64,000 bases of DNA from an uncultured virus (IMG/VR IMGVR_UViG_3300010160_000028). Taxonomy: Duplodnaviria > Heunggongvirae > Uroviricota > Caudoviricetes. A model generated the notes under the pieces. It ran no database searches and was not told the origin of the DNA. It worked only from the letters and a program-made list of their open reading frames with translations. The first letter of the stretch is position 1. The number at the start of each line of letters is the position of its first letter. The DNA lies in the IMG/VR virus record IMGVR_UViG_3300010160_000028; one strand, written 5' to 3'. This document shows positions 33,007 through 41,636 of the stretch, one piece after another. Made by a program: the position numbers and the translations under genes.

Positions 33007-33829
33007 TATTCAATTTTGGAAAGAATTATGTCCAAATCTTACGATTGCAGAAATAGATCGTTGGGCAACACCGTCAGAAATTGCTATAGAAGATGTCAAA
33101 GATAAAATAGTTAACGACGGATATTTCCATATACCATTTGACTCATGGAATCTGCCTTTCGATGAAATGACTCGATGCATTGAAAAGTTAAAAGATCTTG
33201 ATATGCAACCAGTATGGTGTTTTATATACGACGAGTTTTGGTTATTGACGGTCAAGATCGATGCACACATCAAATCTATTCTTGGTGAAAATTATTATCG
33301 GCTTCCTGAAGTGTGGGCATGGCATATCGATCCATCGAAAGAAGAAAGAGGCTGGAAGATACATCGAGAAGGCGGATATTATAGTACATTTGATGACGGT
33401 CTTCCAAAAACTTTAACTATCTGGATTCCTTTAACAGATGCAACTTCAGAGAATGGTTGCATGTGTGTCGTGCCAATAGCAAACGATCCTAACTTTTATA
33501 ATACAGACGAATCGTATTATGCAAATTGGCAAGAAGATTTTTATGATAATAGTAAAAAAATACTTGAAGCCAAATCAGGAGATGTGCTTGGATGGCATCC
33601 GCAGATATTACATTGGGGGAAAAAATCTACTAATAAAAATGCAAATCCGCGAATATCAATATCCATGGAGTTTGTTTCGAATCGTATATTAGAACTAAAT
33701 GATACTGCGTGTTTTTATGACAAAGAAGAACATCCATGGTTAGATCCATTTTATATTCCAGATCTGACTAAAAAGACAGAACTCATAAATAAGCTAGTAT
33801 CACGATATCAACATATGTGGGAAAAGTAA
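32999..33829 (+). CDS. Phytanoyl-CoA dioxygenase (PhyH)-like 2OG-Fe(II) oxygenase
   Basis: 'W.IHRE', 'TIWIPLTDAT.ENGCM.VVP' and 'GDVL.W...ILHWG.....RISIS'. Confidence 0.8.
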   Translation: MHDIQFWKELCPNLTIAEIDRWATPSEIAIEDVKDKIVNDGYFHIPFDSWNLPFDEMTRCIEKLKDLDMQPVWCFIYDEFWLLTVKIDAHIKSILGENYYRLPEVWAWHIDPSKEERGWKIHREGGYYSTFDDGLPKTLTIWIPLTDATSENGCMCVVPIANDPNFYNTDESYYANWQEDFYDNSKKILEAKSGDVLGWHPQILHWGKKSTNKNANPRISISMEFVSNRILELNDTACFYDKEEHPWLDPFYIPDLTKKTELINKLVSRYQHMWEK

Positions 33830-34438
33830 ATGCCTGAACTAACCAAATACGAAAAATTAGTAAGACTTCAGCCGGTCGATTTTGTGCCTGAGATACAATT
33901 GTATCTATGTGATACAGCACATCACATCGTATATCCCGATAGATATCCTTGTTGGGCATACGCATGGGTAGGCGGAAAGGCACTTGCCAGATATATTCTT
34001 GATAATCCGCAATTAGTTCAAGGCAAAACAATCATTGACATGGCAGCTGGATCTGGAATTGCAGCCATCGCAGCTAAAATGGCTGGCGCTGCAAGAGTAA
34101 TAGCAGTCGATGACTATACACCGAGTATAGAAATCATGCAACTCAATGCTGAAGCGAATGGCGTTGAAATAGAATTGGTTCAACAAAGCGTTTTTGACTA
34201 TCAACCAAGCCACGCCTATGACTTATTCATAATGGGCGATCCATTCTATAACGATGATCTCTTCTCGTATGTTGAAAATAATTTCAAACCAGTACTTGTC
34301 GGATGCCCGGTAAGATCTCATACTTTGTATTATAATTTTTATGTAAAAAATCCAATACACACATATACTATTGAATCACCTCCAGGCTACGACGACTATC
34401 TCGAATTTGACACACACATTTGGTGGTTAAGTGCCTAA
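33830..34438 (+). CDS. SAM-dependent methyltransferase, family 16 (ETFbeta-KMT/METTL20/Nnt1-like)
   Basis: 'P.WAYAW.GG.ALARYILDNP..V.GK..ID..AGSGI.AIAA..AGA..V.A.D' and 'GDPFY'. Confidence 0.85.
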   Translation: MPELTKYEKLVRLQPVDFVPEIQLYLCDTAHHIVYPDRYPCWAYAWVGGKALARYILDNPQLVQGKTIIDMAAGSGIAAIAAKMAGAARVIAVDDYTPSIEIMQLNAEANGVEIELVQQSVFDYQPSHAYDLFIMGDPFYNDDLFSYVENNFKPVLVGCPVRSHTLYYNFYVKNPIHTYTIESPPGYDDYLEFDTHIWWLSA

Positions 34439-35189
34439 ATTTACGTGTTTATTAACACCAGGAAGATCGGGCTCTACGTTTTTATACACTGCATTTAATC
34501 AAATTCCAAATACTATTGCACATGAATCATACTATGTGTGTACTGATAATATCGAGCAGTGTTTTTCTTCTATTTACGGAAAATCGTTGGCAGAAAAAAA
34601 CAGATTCATAAAGTCTAAGATCGAATATATCGAAAACTTAGACTGTGAATACTATGTTGATACTGTATCTCTTATATGCCAAGATAATAACTTAGAGTTG
34701 TTTATCGATAACGGTTATAAACCAAATGTCATTACGCTTCGCCGTGATCCAAGAGATGTTGCCTTAAGCTGGTATAGTTTTGGTTGGGATCCGACTAAGT
34801 CGCCTTTAACATCTGTCAATCCAAATGACAAAGATGCCATCAAAATCACATTACAGGATCCACATGATTATCAATATTGTTTATGGTATTGCTTTGAGAT
34901 TGAAAGACTGTGTAGACAATATAAAACAAAACTTGAATCTTGGGGCGTCAAACATTATGAAACATCCTTGTCTCATATAATAGACAAAGACAAGTTTAAT
35001 TTGATGTTAGATTTTTTTGAAATGCCTAACATATCAGAGATATGTCAAGGTAAAATAAATGAACTGAATGAATTTAAGGTCAGATCATTAGAAAATCATC
35101 TAATTCCTGAGTTGCAACAGCAGTTTCTAGAAAACATTAGAGACAATAATGACATAGAGTTTTTTGATATGGATCAGTGGAACTATTAG
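34431..35189 (+). CDS. Sulfotransferase-like (P-loop) protein
   Basis: 5'-PSB-like 'TPGRSGSTFL' followed by 'HE'; 3'-PB-like 'LRRDPRDVALSW'. Confidence 0.65.
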   Translation: MPKFTCLLTPGRSGSTFLYTAFNQIPNTIAHESYYVCTDNIEQCFSSIYGKSLAEKNRFIKSKIEYIENLDCEYYVDTVSLICQDNNLELFIDNGYKPNVITLRRDPRDVALSWYSFGWDPTKSPLTSVNPNDKDAIKITLQDPHDYQYCLWYCFEIERLCRQYKTKLESWGVKHYETSLSHIIDKDKFNLMLDFFEMPNISEICQGKINELNEFKVRSLENHLIPELQQQFLENIRDNNDIEFFDMDQWNY

Positions 35190-35770
35190 TCTCTATAAAC
35201 AGGAAGTGGAAAACCATATTGTGCTACATTTCCTGGTGAAACATAATGTAAAAAGGCTTGTGTGATAGATTTTTGTTCTACCTTTGGTCGATAATGCCAT
35301 CTTCCGTCAAATTCGGTTGTGCCATAAAACATAATAGCATCTCCTTCTTCCATAAAGACTTCTACAGGATTTGATCCGTGTTCGTCATCACAGAAACATA
35401 AAGACGTTGGCTGATCGCCGTCTTTGTCAATTAGTATAGTAGCTGAGAATTCACAGACAGAACGATCTCGATGGATCTTGAGTTCAGAATCGGTATAATA
35501 TTGCCTAAAAAATACATAAGAAGGAATCAATTCAGTATTAAAGATGTCTTGCACTTTATTCTTATATGCGAGCAGCATACTATCAGCAAAGATAGTAGGT
35601 TGATAGTGATCGACATTGCCAATGAGATAAGGATTTGCTTCTACAGTCTTAATATTCGAAGCCTGTGAAACATCCATAAAAGACTTACAAATCTGAATTA
35701 CTTCTGCAGATAAAAAGTTCTTGATGAGAACATATCCATGTTTTTTAAGATGTTTTCTAGCGTTTTTCAT
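35186..35770 (-). CDS. 2OG-Fe(II) oxygenase
   Basis: 'L.PSY.F.R.Y...SEL..HRDR..CEFSAT' and 'GDA..F.G....HYR'; coupled (TAATG) to the upstream minus-strand gene. Confidence 0.78.
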   Translation of the reverse strand: MKNARKHLKKHGYVLIKNFLSAEVIQICKSFMDVSQASNIKTVEANPYLIGNVDHYQPTIFADSMLLAYKNKVQDIFNTELIPSYVFFRQYYTDSELKIHRDRSVCEFSATILIDKDGDQPTSLCFCDDEHGSNPVEVFMEEGDAIMFYGTTEFDGRWHYRPKVEQKSITQAFLHYVSPGNVAQYGFPLPVYRD

Positions 35771-36531
35771 TATATGCCTTTCATCCACTTTGTTCCATGC
35801 TTCGAGCTGTACTTTGTTTCAGGATCGTATGCTGCAAAATCTTCGTAGCGAGGATCTCCTGGCTCAGCTCGCTTGCCGATGCTATACTCGCCGATATGAT
35901 TGACGATGTTATTTCCTTCTTCGGTCTTGAGCTTACATGTTTGCATGCCAAGTTGTTGCAACGATTTCGCGACGACATACTCACTTAAGTTCTTCTCGCC
36001 TACTGATTCGGTATGAGGAAGATCTACTATGGCACGCGGAAAAACACTTGCCAAACTCCAAAAATATGCTTCAGAAAGTTCTCCTCGATATTTTCCGAGT
36101 GTAATGTCTGTTTCATAAGCCTGAGTTTCCTCTTCAAAATCATACCATTTTTGTCTTGTCAAACATACTTGAGAAACGTTACGATAATCATGTAAGATCT
36201 GAGTCATGTCGAGCATTCGAATCGGACAGTTGAACGTCACATCATCTTCTGATAGATACACGTAGTCATAATCTCGTTCTCTCAGCAGTTCGAAGGTTCG
36301 ATTCCATACGTATGGCAAACCCATATTCTGTTGATGTAAGAAGATCTCGGTAAAACCAAAACTTTTGGCTAACTCGAACATCGTACCATCGTGGCGACCT
36401 TTTGGCATATCATCGATAAAGATGCCTTCGACTTCACAACCTTCAAAGTCTAACATATCACGCTGAGATTTGAGTGTAGGAATTAAATACTCGAGTCGAT
36501 TCGTCGACCATATTACTTTACAAACTTTCAT
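35770..36531 (-). CDS. GT2-like (GT-A) glycosyltransferase
   Basis: 'R.EYL..TL.S', 'IDD', 'N.G', 'DYDYVYLSEDD' (DxD-like) and 'HIG'. Confidence 0.72.
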   Translation of the reverse strand: MKVCKVIWSTNRLEYLIPTLKSQRDMLDFEGCEVEGIFIDDMPKGRHDGTMFELAKSFGFTEIFLHQQNMGLPYVWNRTFELLRERDYDYVYLSEDDVTFNCPIRMLDMTQILHDYRNVSQVCLTRQKWYDFEEETQAYETDITLGKYRGELSEAYFWSLASVFPRAIVDLPHTESVGEKNLSEYVVAKSLQQLGMQTCKLKTEEGNNIVNHIGEYSIGKRAEPGDPRYEDFAAYDPETKYSSKHGTKWMKGI

Positions 36532-37079
36532 CTCACTTGCTCCGTGTCAAAAAAGAATGTCTGAAAAAGACGTCCATCATATAAATCTTTCCCAAAGTAA
36601 TCTAAGCTAGCATGGAAAAGGTCACCGCTATAAAGAATCAATCGATTGTATTTGTTGCCTACAACATCGATTCGATCCCACTTGGTATAGTCATATGCTT
36701 CGTGCTCGTTTGTTGGAGCCCGATATTCGCCTGTTTCTTTGTGCCGATACATGGCAGTGCCAGCGGTATATGGAGCATCTGGTGACAAGTAGCATACACC
36801 AGCCCACATGCTTGTATGATCGCAATGAATCCACGTTCGATCTAAAGCGGTAGCGTATTGAAAGGCACCAGTATAACCGGAATCTTCGTGCCAATTGGAA
36901 ATCTTTCCGACTGGATTCATCCAATGCTGAATGCAATCTTTGACATCTTGTGTCAAGAATGAAGGTGTTCGTTTTCCTGGATAGTTACCTATGACGCCAA
37001 AGTCTTGAGTTAAAGCAAAGGCTCTGACCGCGTCTGGATTGATATAGAAGTTATCAATAATCATCAAGTCTAAATTCAT
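36528..37079 (-). CDS. 2OG-Fe(II) oxygenase-like protein (DUF6445-like)
   Basis: 'IIDNFY.NPD.VR..AL', 'YPG.R', 'WIH.D', 'AGV.YL.P', 'NRL.LY....FH' and 'RL.Q.FF'. Confidence 0.72.
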   Translation of the reverse strand: MNLDLMIIDNFYINPDAVRAFALTQDFGVIGNYPGKRTPSFLTQDVKDCIQHWMNPVGKISNWHEDSGYTGAFQYATALDRTWIHCDHTSMWAGVCYLSPDAPYTAGTAMYRHKETGEYRAPTNEHEAYDYTKWDRIDVVGNKYNRLILYSGDLFHASLDYFGKDLYDGRLFQTFFFDTEQVR

Positions 37080-37110
37080 AATATTTCAAGTCCTCATGCT
37101 ATACTAGTTG

Positions 37111-37118
37111 TATTTATA
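37111..37118 (-). promoter_or_regulatory. T4-type late promoter (minus strand) for the 3-gene reverse operon
   Basis: TATTTATA on the + strand reads TATAAATA on the minus strand, about 30 nt upstream of the 37079 start. Confidence 0.72.
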
Positions 37119-37123
37119 CGTCT

Positions 37124-37131
37124 TATAAATA
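37124..37131 (+). promoter_or_regulatory. T4-type late promoter for the neck/terminase genes
   Basis: Exact TATAAATA upstream of gp13. Confidence 0.75.
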
Positions 37132-37164
37132 GCTAGACACATAAATATAATAAAGAGGTATTCG

Positions 37165-37908
37165 ATGGCAACTCCTACTACAAAAGCGACATTTAAAGAG
37201 TATTGCCTTCGGAAGCTCGGCAAACCAGTCATTGAGATTAACGTCGACGATGATCAGGTAGATGATCGCATCGATGAAGCAATTCGTTACTGGTATGACT
37301 ATCACTTCGATGGTTCAGAGAGAATATACTATAAGCATGCTATCACGTCAACTGACGTAACAAACAAGTATATCACTCTTCCAGAGAATATCATTGGTGC
37401 TGTCAGCATCTTCTCGATGGGTGATCCTTCGATTCGCTCTGACGACCTCTTTAATATTCGCTATCAGATCGCACTGAATGATATTTATACTTTGACAAAC
37501 GTATCTCTTGTTCCATACTACATGGTCATGGAACATCTTGCACTCATGACTGAGCTTCTTGTTGGTAAACAACCTATTCGTTATTCTCGTCACAAAGATC
37601 GTCTTTATGTTGATATGGATTGGAATACAGTTGCTGTCGGTGAATTCTTACTCGTCGAAGCTTACGAAGTTGTAGATCCAGAAACATGGACAGATGCTTA
37701 TAACGATCGTTGGCTTCAAAACTATGCTACGACTTTGATTAAAGAACAATGGGGTTCGAATCTTACAAAGTTTACTGGAATGTCCTTACCGGGTGGAGTA
37801 CAGTTTAACGGAGAGAAAATCTACAATGACGCGGTCGACGCAAGAACTAAGATGGAACAAGAAATGATTTCATCTTATTCCCTTCCGGTTCTCGATATGA
37901 TAGGTTAA
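37165..37908 (+). CDS. gp13: Neck protein
   Basis: 'YCLRKLGKPVIEINVDDDQV.DRIDEA' and 'QWG.NL.KF.G..LPGGV..NG'. Confidence 0.93.
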   Translation: MATPTTKATFKEYCLRKLGKPVIEINVDDDQVDDRIDEAIRYWYDYHFDGSERIYYKHAITSTDVTNKYITLPENIIGAVSIFSMGDPSIRSDDLFNIRYQIALNDIYTLTNVSLVPYYMVMEHLALMTELLVGKQPIRYSRHKDRLYVDMDWNTVAVGEFLLVEAYEVVDPETWTDAYNDRWLQNYATTLIKEQWGSNLTKFTGMSLPGGVQFNGEKIYNDAVDARTKMEQEMISSYSLPVLDMIG

Positions 37909-37912
37909 CCCT

Positions 37913-38641
37913 ATGACAACCAATTTCTATTTTAACAACTTTACAAATAGTCAAGAGCAGATCTTAATCGAGGATCTGGTTCTTGAGTCTATTCAAATAT
38001 ATGGTCATGATGTATTCTATTGTCCTCGTACACTCGTAGCCAAAGATGAAATCTACGAAGAAGATGCAGTATCAGAATACAACAGTAATTACTTAATTGA
38101 CATGTATATTCGTAGCTATGAAAGTTACGAAGGCGACGGGCAATTCTTGTCGAAGTTTGGTCTTGAAATCAGAGATCAAGTCACATTTACTGTCTCTGTT
38201 CGTAACTTTATGAATGAGATCGGAAACGTTGAGATGATCGATCGTCCTCAAGAAGGCGATCTGATTTATCTTGCAATGGCAGATCGTTTAATGTATGTGA
38301 AGTATGTGAACAAAACTCCTGTCTTTTATCAGATGGGCGCTATCCAGATGTATGATCTTGTTTGTGAGATGTTCGAGTATGGTAGCGAGAAGTTGAATAC
38401 AGGTATTACAGCTATCGATAGCATTGAGAAAAACTCCAGTCTAAGTCTCGATGCCTTTGGAATCTTGACGAATGACAATTTACTTCTGATTACTCAAGAA
38501 GGAAATCCAATCATACAAGGTAGCTATGATTTTGGCACACAAGCCGGAGATGCATTCGAAGATAATATCGAGTTTGAAACAGACGGGGACACTATCCTTG
38601 ACTGGACGCAGATAGATCCGTTTAGTGAAGGACAAGTATAA
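37913..38641 (+). CDS. gp14: Neck/head-closure protein
   Basis: 'EQ.LIEDLV.ESI..YG.DV.Y.PR', 'SKFGLEIRD' and 'RP.EGDLIY'. Confidence 0.93.
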   Translation: MTTNFYFNNFTNSQEQILIEDLVLESIQIYGHDVFYCPRTLVAKDEIYEEDAVSEYNSNYLIDMYIRSYESYEGDGQFLSKFGLEIRDQVTFTVSVRNFMNEIGNVEMIDRPQEGDLIYLAMADRLMYVKYVNKTPVFYQMGAIQMYDLVCEMFEYGSEKLNTGITAIDSIEKNSSLSLDAFGILTNDNLLLITQEGNPIIQGSYDFGTQAGDAFEDNIEFETDGDTILDWTQIDPFSEGQV

Positions 38642-39471
38642 TGTTTGGAAGAACATGGAATCATGACAGTTTAAGAAAATACATCATTGTATTTGGTACT
38701 GTCTTCAACGATATCTATATCAATCGACTTAGCTCGACTGGAGAAGTACTTCAGACTCTGAAAGTCCCTTTAACGTACGGTCCAAAAGACAAAATACTTT
38801 CGAGACTCGAACAAAGCCCGAGACTCGATAATCAAGTTGGTATTATTCTTCCTCGTATTTCTTTTGAAATGACGACTTTAGAATATGATCCTACTCGTAA
38901 GTTAAACACTCTGAATAAGCTGACGAAGCAATCTGCAACCGCGGGCACTGATGACGAAGTCAAGTATCAGTATCAACCTGTTCCATATGATATGCAGTTC
39001 GAAATGAACATCTTAGTGAAGAATGCCGAAGATGGCACGCGTATCGTAGAGCAGATCGTACCTTACTTTACACCAGCTTTTACCGTAAGCGTGAATGTTG
39101 TACCAGAAGTCGATAGCGCGCGAGATATTCCTATTGTTCTAAATAGTATCTCTTCTCAAGATCAATATGAAGGCAACTTCGAACAAAGAAGAGCTTTAAT
39201 ATGGACACTTAGCTTTACATTGAAAGGTTGGTTGTACGGACCATCGAAGAAATCAAAACTAATTAAACACGCTGAAACTGTATTTAGATTTCCAGAAGAT
39301 GTCGCGACCGGAAATACTAATAGCACAGCGAATACGATAGTAGTGACTTCACGTCCTGGACTCACCGCGAACGGAGAACCTACTACCAACACTGCTTTAA
39401 GTATTTCGTATGAAGATATTATAAGTACAGATGACTATGCCATTATTAATACAATTACTGAGAATATCTAA
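38641..39471 (+). CDS. gp15: Tail terminator/sheath stabiliser
   Basis: 'RKYI..FGT.FNDI', 'VPL.YGPK.K', 'LPRISFEM' and 'EQI.PYF.P'. Confidence 0.93.
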   Translation: MFGRTWNHDSLRKYIIVFGTVFNDIYINRLSSTGEVLQTLKVPLTYGPKDKILSRLEQSPRLDNQVGIILPRISFEMTTLEYDPTRKLNTLNKLTKQSATAGTDDEVKYQYQPVPYDMQFEMNILVKNAEDGTRIVEQIVPYFTPAFTVSVNVVPEVDSARDIPIVLNSISSQDQYEGNFEQRRALIWTLSFTLKGWLYGPSKKSKLIKHAETVFRFPEDVATGNTNSTANTIVVTSRPGLTANGEPTTNTALSISYEDIISTDDYAIINTITENI

Positions 39472-39860
39472 TGAGCAATGAACTTGATAAATTTTTAAAC
39501 ATCGCCGCCGGCGATAACTTACCAGCTGTGATCGAAAAAAAGATGAGTACTCAAGTCTCGGCTGACTTTGAATTTGCTCGCGAGAATATGATGGAAGTCA
39601 TTAATAAAGGGCAAGAAGCTCTCTTCGATCTAATGGATGTGGCAAAACAAAGTCAACATCCAAGAGCATATGAAGTACTTGCTGGAATGATGAACACTAT
39701 GGTCGGAGCGAGTAAAGATCTTTTGGATTTACAAGTCAAAAAGAAAAAATTGATGGAAGATGATCCTTCTGCTTCTCCACAACAAGTCACAAACAATCTT
39801 TTTGTTGGTTCGACTGCAGAGTTACAAAAATATCTAAAGCAGCATAAAGATGGCGAGTGA
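39471..39860 (+). CDS. gp16: Terminase small subunit
   Basis: 'DF..AREN', 'HPRAYEV' and 'NNLFVGSTAELQK'. Confidence 0.92.
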   Translation: MSNELDKFLNIAAGDNLPAVIEKKMSTQVSADFEFARENMMEVINKGQEALFDLMDVAKQSQHPRAYEVLAGMMNTMVGASKDLLDLQVKKKKLMEDDPSASPQQVTNNLFVGSTAELQKYLKQHKDGE

Positions 39861-41523
39861 AAATTACTTAGGTAATCCTCGATTAAAAAGAGCTGACACA
39901 AAGGTCGAGTATACTCCAGAGCAAGTTGCCGAGTATATTAAGTGCTCTGAGGATCCGATCTACTTCATCTTAACTTACTGTAAGATTGTCAATATTGACA
40001 AGGGTTTGATCATGTTCCCGCTCTGGGAATTCCAGAAGGAAATGATCCTTGCATTCGAAGAGAATCGATTTGTCATCTGTAAGATGCCTCGTCAGGTTGG
40101 TAAGACGACGACTGTTGCCGCTTATTTGCTTTGGAAGATCGTATTTAACGAAGAATACTCGATCGCTATTCTGGCTAACAAAGATAGACAGGCAAGAGAA
40201 ATCCTTGGTCGTATTCAGTTGATGTTCGAGCATCTTCCGAAGTGGCTTCAGATGGGTGTGACTGAGTGGAATAAGGGTAACATTAAGCTCGAGAACGGAT
40301 CTGAAATCCTTGCCTCAGCTACTTCGTCTTCTGCGATTCGTGGTACTTCACAGAACATGGTTTACCTCGACGAGTTTGCCTTCGTTCCGACCAATATTCA
40401 AGACGAATTCTTTGCTTCGGTCTATCCTACCATTTCATCTGGTCAAAGTTCGAAGGTTCTGATTACTTCGACACCGAACGGCATGAACATGTTCTATCGT
40501 ATCTGGACCGAGTCAGAAGAAGGCCGTAATGCTTATGCTCGTGTCGATGTTCACTGGTCACAGATTCCAGGCCGTGACGAAGCATGGAGAGAACAGACGA
40601 TCAGCAATACGTCTGAAGATCAGTTCAGACAAGAATACGAGTGCGAGTTCCTTGGTTCTTCGAATACTTTGATTCATCCTACCAAGCTTCGTAATATGGT
40701 CTATAAACAACCGATTGCTCAGGCAGACGGTGGACTCAAGATCTATGAAGAGCCAGAACCAGATACCATTTATGCTATCGTGGTTGATACTGCTCGAGGA
40801 GCCGGAGCAGATTATTCTGCTTTTATTGTCGTCAACGTATCGACGATGCCATATCGTCAAGTCGCAGCATTTCGAAACAATCTAATATCTCCATTAATAT
40901 ATCCAAATATTATCTACGGTGCCGCAGTCAAATATAATGATGCTCTCGTTCTCGTCGAAACAAATGATATTGGTCAGCAAGTCGCGGACATCTTACACTA
41001 TGATCTTGAATATGATGGAGTTCTGGTGACTGCGAATAATGGTAGAACAGGACAAAGTTTATCAGGTGGTTTTGCTACCACTACACACTATGGAGTCAAA
41101 ACATCAAAGCAAGTCAAGAGAATTGGTTGTGCCACATTGAAAACTCTTGTTGAGGGTGACAAGTTTTTAATTTATGATTATGATACTATCTATGAGTTGA
41201 GTCGTTTTTCACTCAAGAACACTCTGAAAGGAAATCAGTCTTACGAAGCAGAAGACGGCAATGATGACATGGCCATGTGTTGTGTTCTCTTTGCCTGGTT
41301 GACTACACAACCGTATCTGAAAGAGATTACAAATATCGATATTCGTATGCAAATTTACGAGCAGAACGAAAAGATGCTTGAGCAACAGATGCTACCATTC
41401 GGTCTCATGAGTACAGGTGATGATGCTCATGACGAAGAAGTCAATGAGTCGTTATTTGACGGCGGACCAAGAGATGATTTTTGGGTAGCGCAAAAGCGTG
41501 GTTTTTTCGAAGGAAACTTTTAG
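39850..41523 (+). CDS. gp17: Terminase large subunit
   Basis: Walker A 'PRQVGKTT', Walker B 'YLDEFAF', 'TSTPNG' and nuclease motifs 'D.ARG...DYS' and 'NDD.AM'. Confidence 0.97.
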   Translation: MASENYLGNPRLKRADTKVEYTPEQVAEYIKCSEDPIYFILTYCKIVNIDKGLIMFPLWEFQKEMILAFEENRFVICKMPRQVGKTTTVAAYLLWKIVFNEEYSIAILANKDRQAREILGRIQLMFEHLPKWLQMGVTEWNKGNIKLENGSEILASATSSSAIRGTSQNMVYLDEFAFVPTNIQDEFFASVYPTISSGQSSKVLITSTPNGMNMFYRIWTESEEGRNAYARVDVHWSQIPGRDEAWREQTISNTSEDQFRQEYECEFLGSSNTLIHPTKLRNMVYKQPIAQADGGLKIYEEPEPDTIYAIVVDTARGAGADYSAFIVVNVSTMPYRQVAAFRNNLISPLIYPNIIYGAAVKYNDALVLVETNDIGQQVADILHYDLEYDGVLVTANNGRTGQSLSGGFATTTHYGVKTSKQVKRIGCATLKTLVEGDKFLIYDYDTIYELSRFSLKNTLKGNQSYEAEDGNDDMAMCCVLFAWLTTQPYLKEITNIDIRMQIYEQNEKMLEQQMLPFGLMSTGDDAHDEEVNESLFDGGPRDDFWVAQKRGFFEGNF

Positions 41524-41584
41524 TATCAAATTAAATATACGATTAATTTGGGTTTTATGAACAAATACCCTAATTTTTTGAAGT

Positions 41585-41592
41585 TATAAATA
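41585..41592 (+). promoter_or_regulatory. T4-type late promoter
   Basis: TATAAATA upstream of gp18. Confidence 0.78.
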
Positions 41593-41636
41593 AAGTAAAT
41601 GCAACTTACATGACTAACCTTTAAAGGGAGATAACA

